IMG/VR virus record: IMGVR_UViG_3300025131_000048
Coordinates: 1 to 54,913 of that record
Reading direction: 5' to 3' (one strand)
DNA: 54,913 nucleotides
From: a virus
Taxonomy: Duplodnaviria; Caudoviricetes
Position numbers and translations under genes: made by a program. How positions within the stretch are numbered: position 1 is the first letter of the stretch; each line of letters starts with the position of its first letter. Under the pieces are notes generated by a model. That model did not search any database and had not been told where the DNA came from. It was given only the letters and a program-made list of their open reading frames with translations. Positions 44,473 through 51,809 of the stretch are shown here, one piece after another.

Positions 44473-44659
44473 AAAGCCAGAAATCGGGGACCTTGTTAGG
44501 GTTTCAGCGACATTGTACATCTCGACCGCTCCTTTCACCTGTCTCGTAACGAGCACTCAGGGTATTCACCTTTGGGTTCAACCATTGAACCGGGCTCTGA
44601 AGCCCGTTTACGTCCGACGCGACAGCGTGGAGGTTATTTCTCGTGCCAACTCACACTGA
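44462..44659 (+). CDS. GDLV-family mini protein
   Basis: PEIGDLVR...VEVIS. Confidence 0.7.
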   Translation: MRRKKPEIGDLVRVSATLYISTAPFTCLVTSTQGIHLWVQPLNRALKPVYVRRDSVEVISRANSH

Positions 44660-44879
44660 TTTGAGAATTGGGATGCTGGTTCGCTGGCATGGCGACGACT
44701 GCTGCGACGACGACCCCAACGATTTGGGGATTGTGGTGAAGATGCCAGGACAGAGCTTCCACGGTTACTATCATATTGCGTGGTCTGTAACCAATACCCT
44801 GAGTCATCACAGTGCTGAAATGATTGAGGAATCTTTGTATCAGGGGCATATGGAGATTATCCCCGCAGCCCCCGCCTAA
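44643..44879 (+). CDS. GDLV-family mini protein
   Basis: LRIGMLVRW...GIVV...MEII; GGAGG SD. Confidence 0.65.
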   Translation: MPTHTDLRIGMLVRWHGDDCCDDDPNDLGIVVKMPGQSFHGYYHIAWSVTNTLSHHSAEMIEESLYQGHMEIIPAAPA

Positions 44880-44928
44880 AAAGTATTTCAAATAAAAGAT
44901 TGACAAAGCCTGAAGTCTCAGGCATAAT
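44879..44928 (+). promoter_or_regulatory. Early promoter cassette
   Basis: AAAAGTATTTCAAATAAAAGA-TTGACA-N17-CATAAT (TCAGGCATAAT). Confidence 0.75.
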
Positions 44929-44968
44929 ATAGATAGTAGGGTGATGAACACCCGACCCCGGAGAGAAG

Positions 44969-45121
44969 ATGGACACAAATAACCTTGAAAATATGATTCG
45001 CGATAAGCTGACTGATGATGATCTGATTTCAGACCTTATTGAACAGGATGATGTCTTTGAACATCTAATAGATTTGATTGGCGAGACTATTGATGAATGG
45101 GGCCAGACGGAGAGAAAATGA
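44969..45121 (+). CDS. Small acidic protein (50 aa, not in the ORF track)
   Basis: GGAG SD; D/E-rich; ATGA overlap with the next gene. Confidence 0.5.
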   Translation: MDTNNLENMIRDKLTDDDLISDLIEQDDVFEHLIDLIGETIDEWGQTERK

Positions 45122-45735
45122 AAGACAACTACACTTCACCCTACGCAAAAAACGTGCCAAGTATGTACAATTCCGAAGTTGTGGCTCTGGCGAAGAATCG
45201 CTGGACTGACGGCGAGACTCAGCTTGCTATAGCGAAGCACTGGTACAGGCTAGGCAGAGAATATCTTGCTGGCAACCCGAACATTACCGAGGAAGCCGCA
45301 GAAGAACTGTGGAAGGTTCGCGGATACGTCCTAAAGGCCCGCCTGCTGGCGAAGGGCAGCATAAAGCTGAAGAAGGGGGAATATACCGAAGTTTATCGTA
45401 AGTATTTCAAGAACAATCGTCGTTCGCACTGGCGCATGATGCAAGCGTTTCTGGGTGGCTACTCTTATTGGGACAGCACCGGCAACAAAAGTAATACCCC
45501 GAGTGAATTGCTACAAGAGATTTATGACGACTTGCCCGATGAAGAAAAGCGAGCGTATACCCTGGAACGATTTATCAGTCACCAGAATTGCTCTCTGGAG
45601 CTTGCTATCAGGTTGTCTACAATAAAGACACCCGAAGTGCCCAATCACTACTATCCCGCCAACTTCGACAAAATTCGACAATCGGCTTTGATGAAGGTTG
45701 CCGAGCTTACTAAGAAGCAGCTTGAAGGAAAGTAA
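45118..45735 (+). CDS. Helical (LRV-like) repeat hypothetical protein
   Basis: NPNITEEAAEEL, NTPSELLQEI, HQNCSLEL. Confidence 0.65.
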   Translation: MKDNYTSPYAKNVPSMYNSEVVALAKNRWTDGETQLAIAKHWYRLGREYLAGNPNITEEAAEELWKVRGYVLKARLLAKGSIKLKKGEYTEVYRKYFKNNRRSHWRMMQAFLGGYSYWDSTGNKSNTPSELLQEIYDDLPDEEKRAYTLERFISHQNCSLELAIRLSTIKTPEVPNHYYPANFDKIRQSALMKVAELTKKQLEGK

Positions 45736-45739
45736 AAAG

Positions 45740-45925
45740 ATGACGAAGCCCCGTGGAATGATTATGATTGGTGCCTTGGTCCGAGAGAGCCAGGGCACCG
45801 GAATCCTAAAAATTGTCACCGGATATAAGTGTGATGCGTCCTGCGAGTTCGTTCATTTTGCGGGCGACAGCGCAACAACTTGGTATCCCCTGTACGACTA
45901 CGAGATTCTTTCCGATGGACACTAA
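45740..45925 (+). CDS. GDLV-family mini protein
   Basis: IMIGALVR...YEILS. Confidence 0.65.
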   Translation: MTKPRGMIMIGALVRESQGTGILKIVTGYKCDASCEFVHFAGDSATTWYPLYDYEILSDGH

Positions 45926-46139
45926 ATGCCACGGCATTAAAATTGGCGACCTTGTGAAGTTTAAGCATCACATTTTTGATGGTATGCAACCCATTCATCT
46001 TGTAGTCGAGGTCTTCGCCCGCGACCGTTATACCTGGGAGCAGCCGGCACGCCGGGATGAACCGATGAATATCCGACTTCACGGAAACAGCGGCATTACT
46101 CACCGTGCAAATAATTTTGTGGTGGTGAAGCGAGCCTAA
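45915..46139 (+). CDS. GDLV-family mini protein
   Basis: IKIGDLVKF...FVVVK. Confidence 0.7.
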   Translation: MDTKCHGIKIGDLVKFKHHIFDGMQPIHLVVEVFARDRYTWEQPARRDEPMNIRLHGNSGITHRANNFVVVKRA

Positions 46140-46188
46140 AAAGTATTTCAAATAAAAGTTTGACATCCACAAGATGTTCAGGCATAAT
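46139..46188 (+). promoter_or_regulatory. Early promoter cassette
   Basis: AAAAGTATTTCAAATAAAAGT-TTGACA-N17-CATAAT. Confidence 0.75.
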
Positions 46189-46208
46189 ATAGATACTGGA
46201 GAAACGCG

Positions 46209-46484
46209 ATGAAGACTGTACTCGTTTTTGATACTGAGGATGACAAGGGCATGCGTGCCACAATCAAGATTGTGGAGCACCTTGCAGAGCAATATCTTCC
46301 GTCCCGAAGGTCGGCTCGTCACGATGTTTCTTTCGGGAAGATTGAATTTATCAAGACGCTCCGCACTTTTATGAAGGATGCGGAGGAACTTGAGGACCCG
46401 TCTGACGGAACCAGCCTGCGGTTCGCCAAGGGATTTGCCGACAAGGTGTGGAAGCGGAAGAACAAGGACCTGGGAATCTCCTAA
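46209..46484 (+). CDS. Hypothetical protein
   Basis: GGAG SD; KIEFIKTLR...SLRFAKGFAD resembles the ribosomal L7/L12 C-terminal motif. Confidence 0.65.
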   Translation: MKTVLVFDTEDDKGMRATIKIVEHLAEQYLPSRRSARHDVSFGKIEFIKTLRTFMKDAEELEDPSDGTSLRFAKGFADKVWKRKNKDLGIS

Positions 46485-46543
46485 ACTTTATTTTCAAATA
46501 AAAGATTGACAGCAAGAAGTTTCTCAGGCATAATATAGGTACG
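46484..46543 (+). promoter_or_regulatory. Early promoter cassette
   Basis: AT-rich dyad, then TTGACA-N17-CATAAT-N6-ACGATG. Confidence 0.75.
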
Positions 46544-46699
46544 ATGAAACGTGAGGGACGAAACCTGATTGCACTCGCTGCCTGGAACCACCGGGGAGCA
46601 GGAAAGCACAAGAACAAGTCCAACCGTGGAAGCGGCAAGGGCAGCGGCAAAGCTGCTCGTCACGCGAAGCACAAGGGGCGACGATATGCCCGCGATTGA
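46544..46699 (+). CDS. Small basic ArfA-like peptide (51 aa, not in the ORF track)
   Basis: RNLIALAAWNHRGAGKHKNKSNRGSGKGSGKAARHAKHKG. Confidence 0.55.
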   Translation: MKREGRNLIALAAWNHRGAGKHKNKSNRGSGKGSGKAARHAKHKGRRYARD

Positions 46700-46907
46700 G
46701 GTCGGAGATTTGGTAAAAAGAAATCCCCCCCACCTGGGACCAGACAACAAAGTTTATCTGGTGGCAGAAATAGAAAAACGCGAACATTCCGATGGAAGGC
46801 CGATTCTCGGCCCGCACGGTGCACCGAGTTGGTGCATACTCCACGACGACGAGGACCGCTTGACTGCCGTCAAGTCTTTGACGGTCGTACTCAAGGCCCG
46901 ACGATGA
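46686..46907 (+). CDS. GDLV-family mini protein
   Basis: IEVGDLVK...LTVVL. Confidence 0.7.
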   Translation: MPAIEVGDLVKRNPPHLGPDNKVYLVAEIEKREHSDGRPILGPHGAPSWCILHDDEDRLTAVKSLTVVLKARR

Positions 46908-47125
46908 GAAGAACAGACGCATGGGGAAAGCCCATCTTGCGAGTGGGCGACATTGTACAATGTTTGCCACAAAAGGACCCCGGCACAGTAGTAAAGATTC
47001 TCCAGGTGAACGCAAACGGCGCTTGGGTTGTCGCGGTCAAGTGGTTCACTTGGGACAACGGCAGAACCACAGAAGAATACATCACAGAACTTGAACTTAT
47101 AAGCGAGGCACAAAATGAGAAATAA
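46904..47125 (+). CDS. GDLV-family mini protein
   Basis: LRVGDIVQ...GTVV...VKWF...LELISE. Confidence 0.7.
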   Translation: MRRTDAWGKPILRVGDIVQCLPQKDPGTVVKILQVNANGAWVVAVKWFTWDNGRTTEEYITELELISEAQNEK

Positions 47126-47423
47126 TCAAGTAATTCAAGCATTTAGACGAGGCGACAAGGCTCGTAGCTGGACCGAAAACCTCCGCACGGATGGAACAAC
47201 ACTCTGGTCGTACAACAAGAAAATCGCTCACCGCACCAGCGGAGGCGTGATTGTTGTGGGCGACTTCACCGCACCGGGCGGGCAGTTCCATTCGGTGACG
47301 ACTTCGGGCCATGTAAATCGTGCGAAGGGTGTAGCCCATCACGTTTTTCACCCGAGAATCTATATCGAATCTGAGCAGTTCTTTGTGCACGGCGACAACC
47401 TAACTTTTACTAATTTTATTTGA
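47115..47423 (+). CDS. Hypothetical phage protein
   Basis: LWSYNKKIA...SVTTSGHVN. Confidence 0.7.
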   Translation: MRNNQVIQAFRRGDKARSWTENLRTDGTTLWSYNKKIAHRTSGGVIVVGDFTAPGGQFHSVTTSGHVNRAKGVAHHVFHPRIYIESEQFFVHGDNLTFTNFI

Positions 47424-47475
47424 AAATAAAGTTTAAAGGGTTGACTTCTTACTGAAACTCAGGCATAATTAGAAC
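47412..47475 (+). promoter_or_regulatory. Early promoter cassette, leaderless
   Basis: TTTTATTTGAAAATAAAGTTT, then TTGACT-N17-CATAAT-N6-ATG. Confidence 0.75.
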
Positions 47476-48099
47476 ATGGACAACAACGGAGACACTACGA
47501 TGATAGAACGAGTTGAACGACTAACCACCCGTGTGCCTGAAAATGGCGGTTGGGACCGAGGTTTTATTGAGTCCGTCAAAGAGCAACTAGAAGCAGGCCG
47601 AACGCTCTCCCCTCGACAGATTGAAACAGTAGAGAAGATTGAGGGCAAGTTTTCCGACGAAGCCATCGAGGCTGCTGCAACCTGGGCCGAAAGGTGGGAC
47701 GACGAGAAGCAGGCGCGATTTAATGTCGCCCTGAAATATTATGGACGCACGGGCTACTATCAAAACATTGTTCAGAAAGCCTGGGGCAGTGAGAAGTTTA
47801 TTCCATCCCAAAAGGAATACAACGCGATGGCATGCAACAAGTATGCCAATGCTGTTATCAACAACGCGATGAGTGAGGCAAAGTGGCCCCTTGGTTCGCT
47901 GGTTAAGTTCCGCACTGCGAATCGAATTCGCAGCTTCTATCGCGGCAAGATTGCCGTGGTGGTTTCCCATCCTACTGACGTAAAGACGCACGCGAAGGGT
48001 GGCAAGCCCTACGGTGTTGTCCTCATTGGCAATTCTGCCATTATTCAATGCGAGGAACGCGACTTGAAAAACGCGCCGAAGAAGGCGAAGCGTTCCTAA
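47476..48099 (+). CDS. Hypothetical protein with C-terminal SH3-like domain
   Basis: FIESV...LSPRQ; WPLGSLVKF...EERDLK. Confidence 0.7.
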   Translation: MDNNGDTTMIERVERLTTRVPENGGWDRGFIESVKEQLEAGRTLSPRQIETVEKIEGKFSDEAIEAAATWAERWDDEKQARFNVALKYYGRTGYYQNIVQKAWGSEKFIPSQKEYNAMACNKYANAVINNAMSEAKWPLGSLVKFRTANRIRSFYRGKIAVVVSHPTDVKTHAKGGKPYGVVLIGNSAIIQCEERDLKNAPKKAKRS

Positions 48100-48127
48100 C
48101 AGGGCGACGGGTAATATCTATATATAG

Positions 48128-48153
48128 GGGATTCAATGTCTCTCATGAATCCC
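48128..48153 (+). terminator. Hairpin after the 47476 gene
   Basis: GGGATTCA-N10-TGAATCCC (no U-tract). Confidence 0.35.
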
Positions 48154-48272
48154 GGCGAGAACATCAACAATTAATTTGGTGGGCGCGAAAACAATATTAA
48201 ATTTAATATTGTAGGTTGCAAGGAGACTAGGCACCAGGGACCGAAGAGAACCTGGACCCCGACCCCGAATAG

Positions 48273-48351
48273 AATCAATGACTTAGAGCAATAACTTTTT
48301 TTTCACAATAAACTTTAACAGCTTGACTTCTTGCCTGGACTCAGGCATAAT
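48273..48351 (+). promoter_or_regulatory. Early promoter cassette with IHF-like site
   Basis: AATCAATGACTTA 50 bp upstream of TTGACT-N17-CATAAT. Confidence 0.7.
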
Positions 48352-48388
48352 ATAAGGACAGTGGCAATCAAGCCACGCGGAGACAACA

Positions 48389-48703
48389 ATGAAACTTGAA
48401 CTGACCGACGACGAGTGGACGACTGTCCTCGTCGCCCTCGACCACTACAGGGCGCACAAGGCGGCGATGGCAGCCGAACTGTACGACCCTCAACTGATGG
48501 AAGATGCTGGGTCCGCTGAGTGGTGCTGGCAGAAGATTTGGGGTGCAATCTGCATCGAGCGCAACGCAACCGCCGACGCGGTGGGCGAAGGCGAACAGCC
48601 CCAACTTCCTTTCAACACACAAACAAATTCAGGGCGCTCCGCTTCGGTGGACCCCTTCGACTTGGGTATGGCTAGCCAGTACGACAATATGGGAGACAAG
48701 TAA
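48389..48703 (+). CDS. Hypothetical protein
   Basis: GGAG SD; 104 aa. Confidence 0.65.
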   Translation: MKLELTDDEWTTVLVALDHYRAHKAAMAAELYDPQLMEDAGSAEWCWQKIWGAICIERNATADAVGEGEQPQLPFNTQTNSGRSASVDPFDLGMASQYDNMGDK

Positions 48704-48857
48704 ATGTTGGTACTCGCAGCGGTTAGTGTGACTCTTGGAATCATCGGGAGTCTGTAAAAGTGGAGTATTATCAGTCACTTAGGTATGGTTTCGACCCCGA
48801 TTATGACCCTCCGGTCTTTGACGACGAGGAGGAAACCCCCGAGGTAAAACCCAATGA

Positions 48858-48942
48858 TTCCGAGGACATAGAAGAATAACTTTTATTTGACTATAAAGTT
48901 CTAACTCTTGACTTTCAAGTAAATCTCAGGCATAATATACCT
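48858..48942 (+). promoter_or_regulatory. Early promoter cassette, leaderless
   Basis: AACTTTTATTTGACTATAAAGTT, then TTGACT-N17-CATAAT-N6-ATG. Confidence 0.75.
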
Positions 48943-49131
48943 ATGATGAAGGTTGGCGATTTGGTAAAATACTCTGCCCCGCGAGGGCGCAGCACATGGC
49001 TGAAAGGTATCGGAGTGGTGACAGAAACCAACCTGGACCGGCCAGCCCATGTGAGAGTTAGCTTTCCCAATGTTGGAGTCCACGCATGGATGTTCAAAGA
49101 AACTTTGGAGGTTCTCAATGAAACCCGGTGA
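48943..49131 (+). CDS. GDLV-family mini protein
   Basis: MMKVGDLVK...LEVLNETR. Confidence 0.75.
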   Translation: MMKVGDLVKYSAPRGRSTWLKGIGVVTETNLDRPAHVRVSFPNVGVHAWMFKETLEVLNETR

Positions 49132-49318
49132 TTTAGTTGTATGGACGGAGTATGCCGCAGGTTGGTCTAACGGACCCAAAGCGGGCGAGTACGCGGGCAC
49201 AGTTGTTCGCGTCATTCCTCCGACCCGCCGCAAACGCAGCCGCGCTAAGATTGAAATCTTGGCCGAAGAAACTTTCATTGTCGGACGAAGATTTATTGAG
49301 GTTGTCAGTGGAGTCTGA
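49118..49318 (+). CDS. GDLV-family mini protein
   Basis: MKPGDLVV...IEVVS. Confidence 0.75.
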   Translation: MKPGDLVVWTEYAAGWSNGPKAGEYAGTVVRVIPPTRRKRSRAKIEILAEETFIVGRRFIEVVSGV

Positions 49319-49511
49319 TTATATTCCCCTCCATCCCGGCGATTTAGTGGAAATCTCGCGGAATTCAATTCTTTTCAGGCATGGCGACCGAGGCTGGGTC
49401 GAATCAATGGGCTGGGGCTCCGGCGTACTCATTTGTGTGGTGCAACTATTTGAGAAGTCCAACAAAGTACGGATTCTCGTTAATGATTTGATAAAGATTT
49501 CAAACACTTAG
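49308..49511 (+). CDS. GDLV-family mini protein
   Basis: LHPGDLVE...LIKIS. Confidence 0.7.
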   Translation: MESDYIPLHPGDLVEISRNSILFRHGDRGWVESMGWGSGVLICVVQLFEKSNKVRILVNDLIKISNT

Positions 49512-49605
49512 AAAAAGAAAACTTTTATTTGACAATAAAGTTTTACTTGTTGACTTTTGCCTCCCACTCAGGCATAATATAGAGAGTGGAAGGGCGCTTA
49601 AGCCC
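49498..49605 (+). promoter_or_regulatory. Early promoter cassette with IHF-like site and hairpin leader
   Basis: TTTCAAACACTTA; dyad; TTGACT-N17-CATAAT; 26-bp leader identical to 50551-50576. Confidence 0.75.
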
Positions 49606-49621
49606 CGATGGAGATTACAGA

Positions 49622-50470
49622 ATGTCTTACAATGGAACGGTTCGATGCGGCCACTGCTACAGTCAGGGTCACAACAAGCGTGGGTGCCCCGCACTCAAGA
49701 AGATTATCGAAGAAAATCCCGACAGTTATGAAGCGAAGCACGGAGCCGGGAAGGCTCGACAGTGCTCGTACTGCCAGGGTGAGGGACACAATCGAGCATC
49801 ATGCTCTGGCCGCAAGACTCACGAGGCCACTTTCCGAGCCGATAACACGCTCTGGCGAAAGGCTTTCGACAAGTGGGCGACCTCGCAAGGTCTGGGCTAC
49901 GGTGCCCTGCTTCGTGCGCCGATTACATGGCGCAACACAAAGCAAGAACGCATCGACGGCGAGAGCACTCCCGCTCTGGGGATGTTCAAGGGTCTGAGGA
50001 CTCACGAAGAGGATGACCCGCTCACGAGAGAGTGGGCGCGGAAACCAGCCTATCAGAACCGAGGGGCTCTGTGGATGGACCTCATTGGTGCGGAGCTTGG
50101 CTATAACGACCGTGCACAGTCGGCCCACCTTCAGCTTCCTGACATTCCGGTGATTGCTCCAGCCCACGGCAAGGATTCCTGGGGCTACGAGCGCAGCCGC
50201 GACGGTGGCGACTCTAAGTGGACCGTCGCTTCCCCTTCGCCTGTTCCGGGCCTGGGTCCTGAGTTTACTTCGACCGCTGCAATTGACGCACTAGTCAAGG
50301 ACTACTTCAAGACGGGCAAGTACGCAAAGACCGAGAGCAACTGGAACGAGTTGACGAAGGAAACTCGTCAGGCTCTCGTGGATTACCTCAATGATTCCGC
50401 GACGTTGGAGGAGCTTGGCCGACGCCTCAACCCCGAGGACGACGCAAACTCCGAGAGTGATAACCAGTAA
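49622..50470 (+). CDS. Protein with two CCHC zinc knuckles
   Basis: CGHCYSQGHNKRGC and CSYCQGEGHNRASC. Confidence 0.8.
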   Translation: MSYNGTVRCGHCYSQGHNKRGCPALKKIIEENPDSYEAKHGAGKARQCSYCQGEGHNRASCSGRKTHEATFRADNTLWRKAFDKWATSQGLGYGALLRAPITWRNTKQERIDGESTPALGMFKGLRTHEEDDPLTREWARKPAYQNRGALWMDLIGAELGYNDRAQSAHLQLPDIPVIAPAHGKDSWGYERSRDGGDSKWTVASPSPVPGLGPEFTSTAAIDALVKDYFKTGKYAKTESNWNELTKETRQALVDYLNDSATLEELGRRLNPEDDANSESDNQ

Positions 50471-50576
50471 TTTCAACTACTTAGAGTAGCTAAAAGAGTT
50501 TTGACAATAAAGTTTAATTACTTGCAATTCACCCCCACATGGGGTATACTTAGAGAGTGGAAGGGCGCTTAAGCCC
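50471..50576 (+). promoter_or_regulatory. Early promoter cassette with IHF-like site and hairpin leader
   Basis: TTTCAACTACTTA; TTGCAA-N17-TATACT; GGGC-GCTTAA-GCCC. Confidence 0.7.
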
Positions 50577-50593
50577 GCTAGGAGACACAAAAC

Positions 50594-51658
50594 ATGGCAA
50601 TCGATTTCAAAACACTTCTTACCGTCCTTCCCCACGTCACGGACGCGAACCACCCGGTACTGCTCCGAGGACGACACGGCATTGGCAAGTCCAGCGTCGT
50701 CTATCAGTTCGCTGAGACTGTCGGCCTGCGGGTTGTCGAGCGGCGAGCCAGCCAGATGACCGAAGGCGACCTCTTGGGTCTGCCGAAGACCGATGGTGAC
50801 GTGACCTCTTTCTGCCCGCCTGATTGGTTCGCGGAGGCTTGCAGCACTGGCGTGCTTCTTTTCCTCGATGAAGTGGACCGGGCGACTCTGGAAGTCCGTC
50901 AGGGCATCTTTGAGCTTTGCGACTCTCGCAAGCTCGCGGGACACGTCCTGCACCCCGAGACTCTGATTTTCGCTGCCGTCAACGGTGGCACTCACGCGGG
51001 CGCGGCCTCCTATCAGGTGGGCGAGATGGACCCTGCCGAGCTTGACCGCTACACCACTTTCGACGTTGAGCCGACCGTGGACGACTGGTTGACTTGGGCG
51101 CAGGACCGACTGGACCCGCTGGTTGTGGATTTCATTCGTAACAACGTCGTACACTTGGAGCACAACGACGACCCAGAACCCAACAAGGTCTACCCGTCCC
51201 GTCGCTCTTGGCAGCGGTTCAGCGACACTGTGAGCACTGCTGCTCTCGTCGTCGCCGGCGAAACGAACCCAACCGTGTACTCGCTGGCGAGTGCCTACGT
51301 TGGCTTTGAGGCTGCGGTGTCGTTCAACGACTTCGTGGCGAACTACAGCAAGGTGGTTTCCGTGGGCGATGTCCTCGACCGGGGCAAGGTCCCCGAGGAC
51401 CTCGACCTGAACGACCACTGTGCCCTGATTGACAAGCTGGGTGCCTCCGGTCGGCTGGCGGCTGAAGTCTCCGATAGCGTGCGAGTGAACCTCGCGAGCT
51501 ACTTCCTGAGCCTTCCGAGCGAGCCCGCGATGAAGCTCTGGACCGTTATCGGACAGGCGAACAGCGACCTTGCGATTGCGATGCACTCCACCGAGGTCAA
51601 GGACAAGAGCGTTGGAGCGTACCTTGTCGAGATTCTCACCGGAAAGGAAATCCAGTAA
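50594..51658 (+). CDS. MoxR-like AAA+ ATPase
   Basis: GRHGIGKS, DLLGLP, LFLDEVDRA, AAVN, MDPAELDR, PSRRSW. Confidence 0.88.
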   Translation: MAIDFKTLLTVLPHVTDANHPVLLRGRHGIGKSSVVYQFAETVGLRVVERRASQMTEGDLLGLPKTDGDVTSFCPPDWFAEACSTGVLLFLDEVDRATLEVRQGIFELCDSRKLAGHVLHPETLIFAAVNGGTHAGAASYQVGEMDPAELDRYTTFDVEPTVDDWLTWAQDRLDPLVVDFIRNNVVHLEHNDDPEPNKVYPSRRSWQRFSDTVSTAALVVAGETNPTVYSLASAYVGFEAAVSFNDFVANYSKVVSVGDVLDRGKVPEDLDLNDHCALIDKLGASGRLAAEVSDSVRVNLASYFLSLPSEPAMKLWTVIGQANSDLAIAMHSTEVKDKSVGAYLVEILTGKEIQ

Positions 51659-51667
51659 AAACAGAGT

Positions 51668-51711
51668 CATTCCGAGGGGTTGCGGGTTTCCCGCGCCCCG
51701 AAGACGAATGA
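51668..51711 (+). terminator. Intergenic hairpin
   Basis: TCATTC/GAATGA, GGGG/CCCC and GCGGG-TTT-CCCGC nested stems. Confidence 0.45.
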
Positions 51712-51790
51712 TTCCGAGGACTTAGAAGAACAAAGTTTCTTTCAAAGAATAGTTTAATTACTTGCAATTCGCCCCCCGATGCGGTATACT
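51712..51790 (+). promoter_or_regulatory. Early promoter cassette
   Basis: AGTTTAATTACTTGCAATTC shared with the 50511-50530 cassette; TTGCAA-N17-TATACT. Confidence 0.7.
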
Positions 51791-51809
51791 TAGAGAGTAA
51801 GGAATTCAT

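Noticed and set aside
36197-49511. Diversity-generating retroelement behind the mini-gene diversity
   Set aside because: There is no reverse transcriptase and no TR/VR pair with adenine-specific differences; the paralogues diverge throughout.
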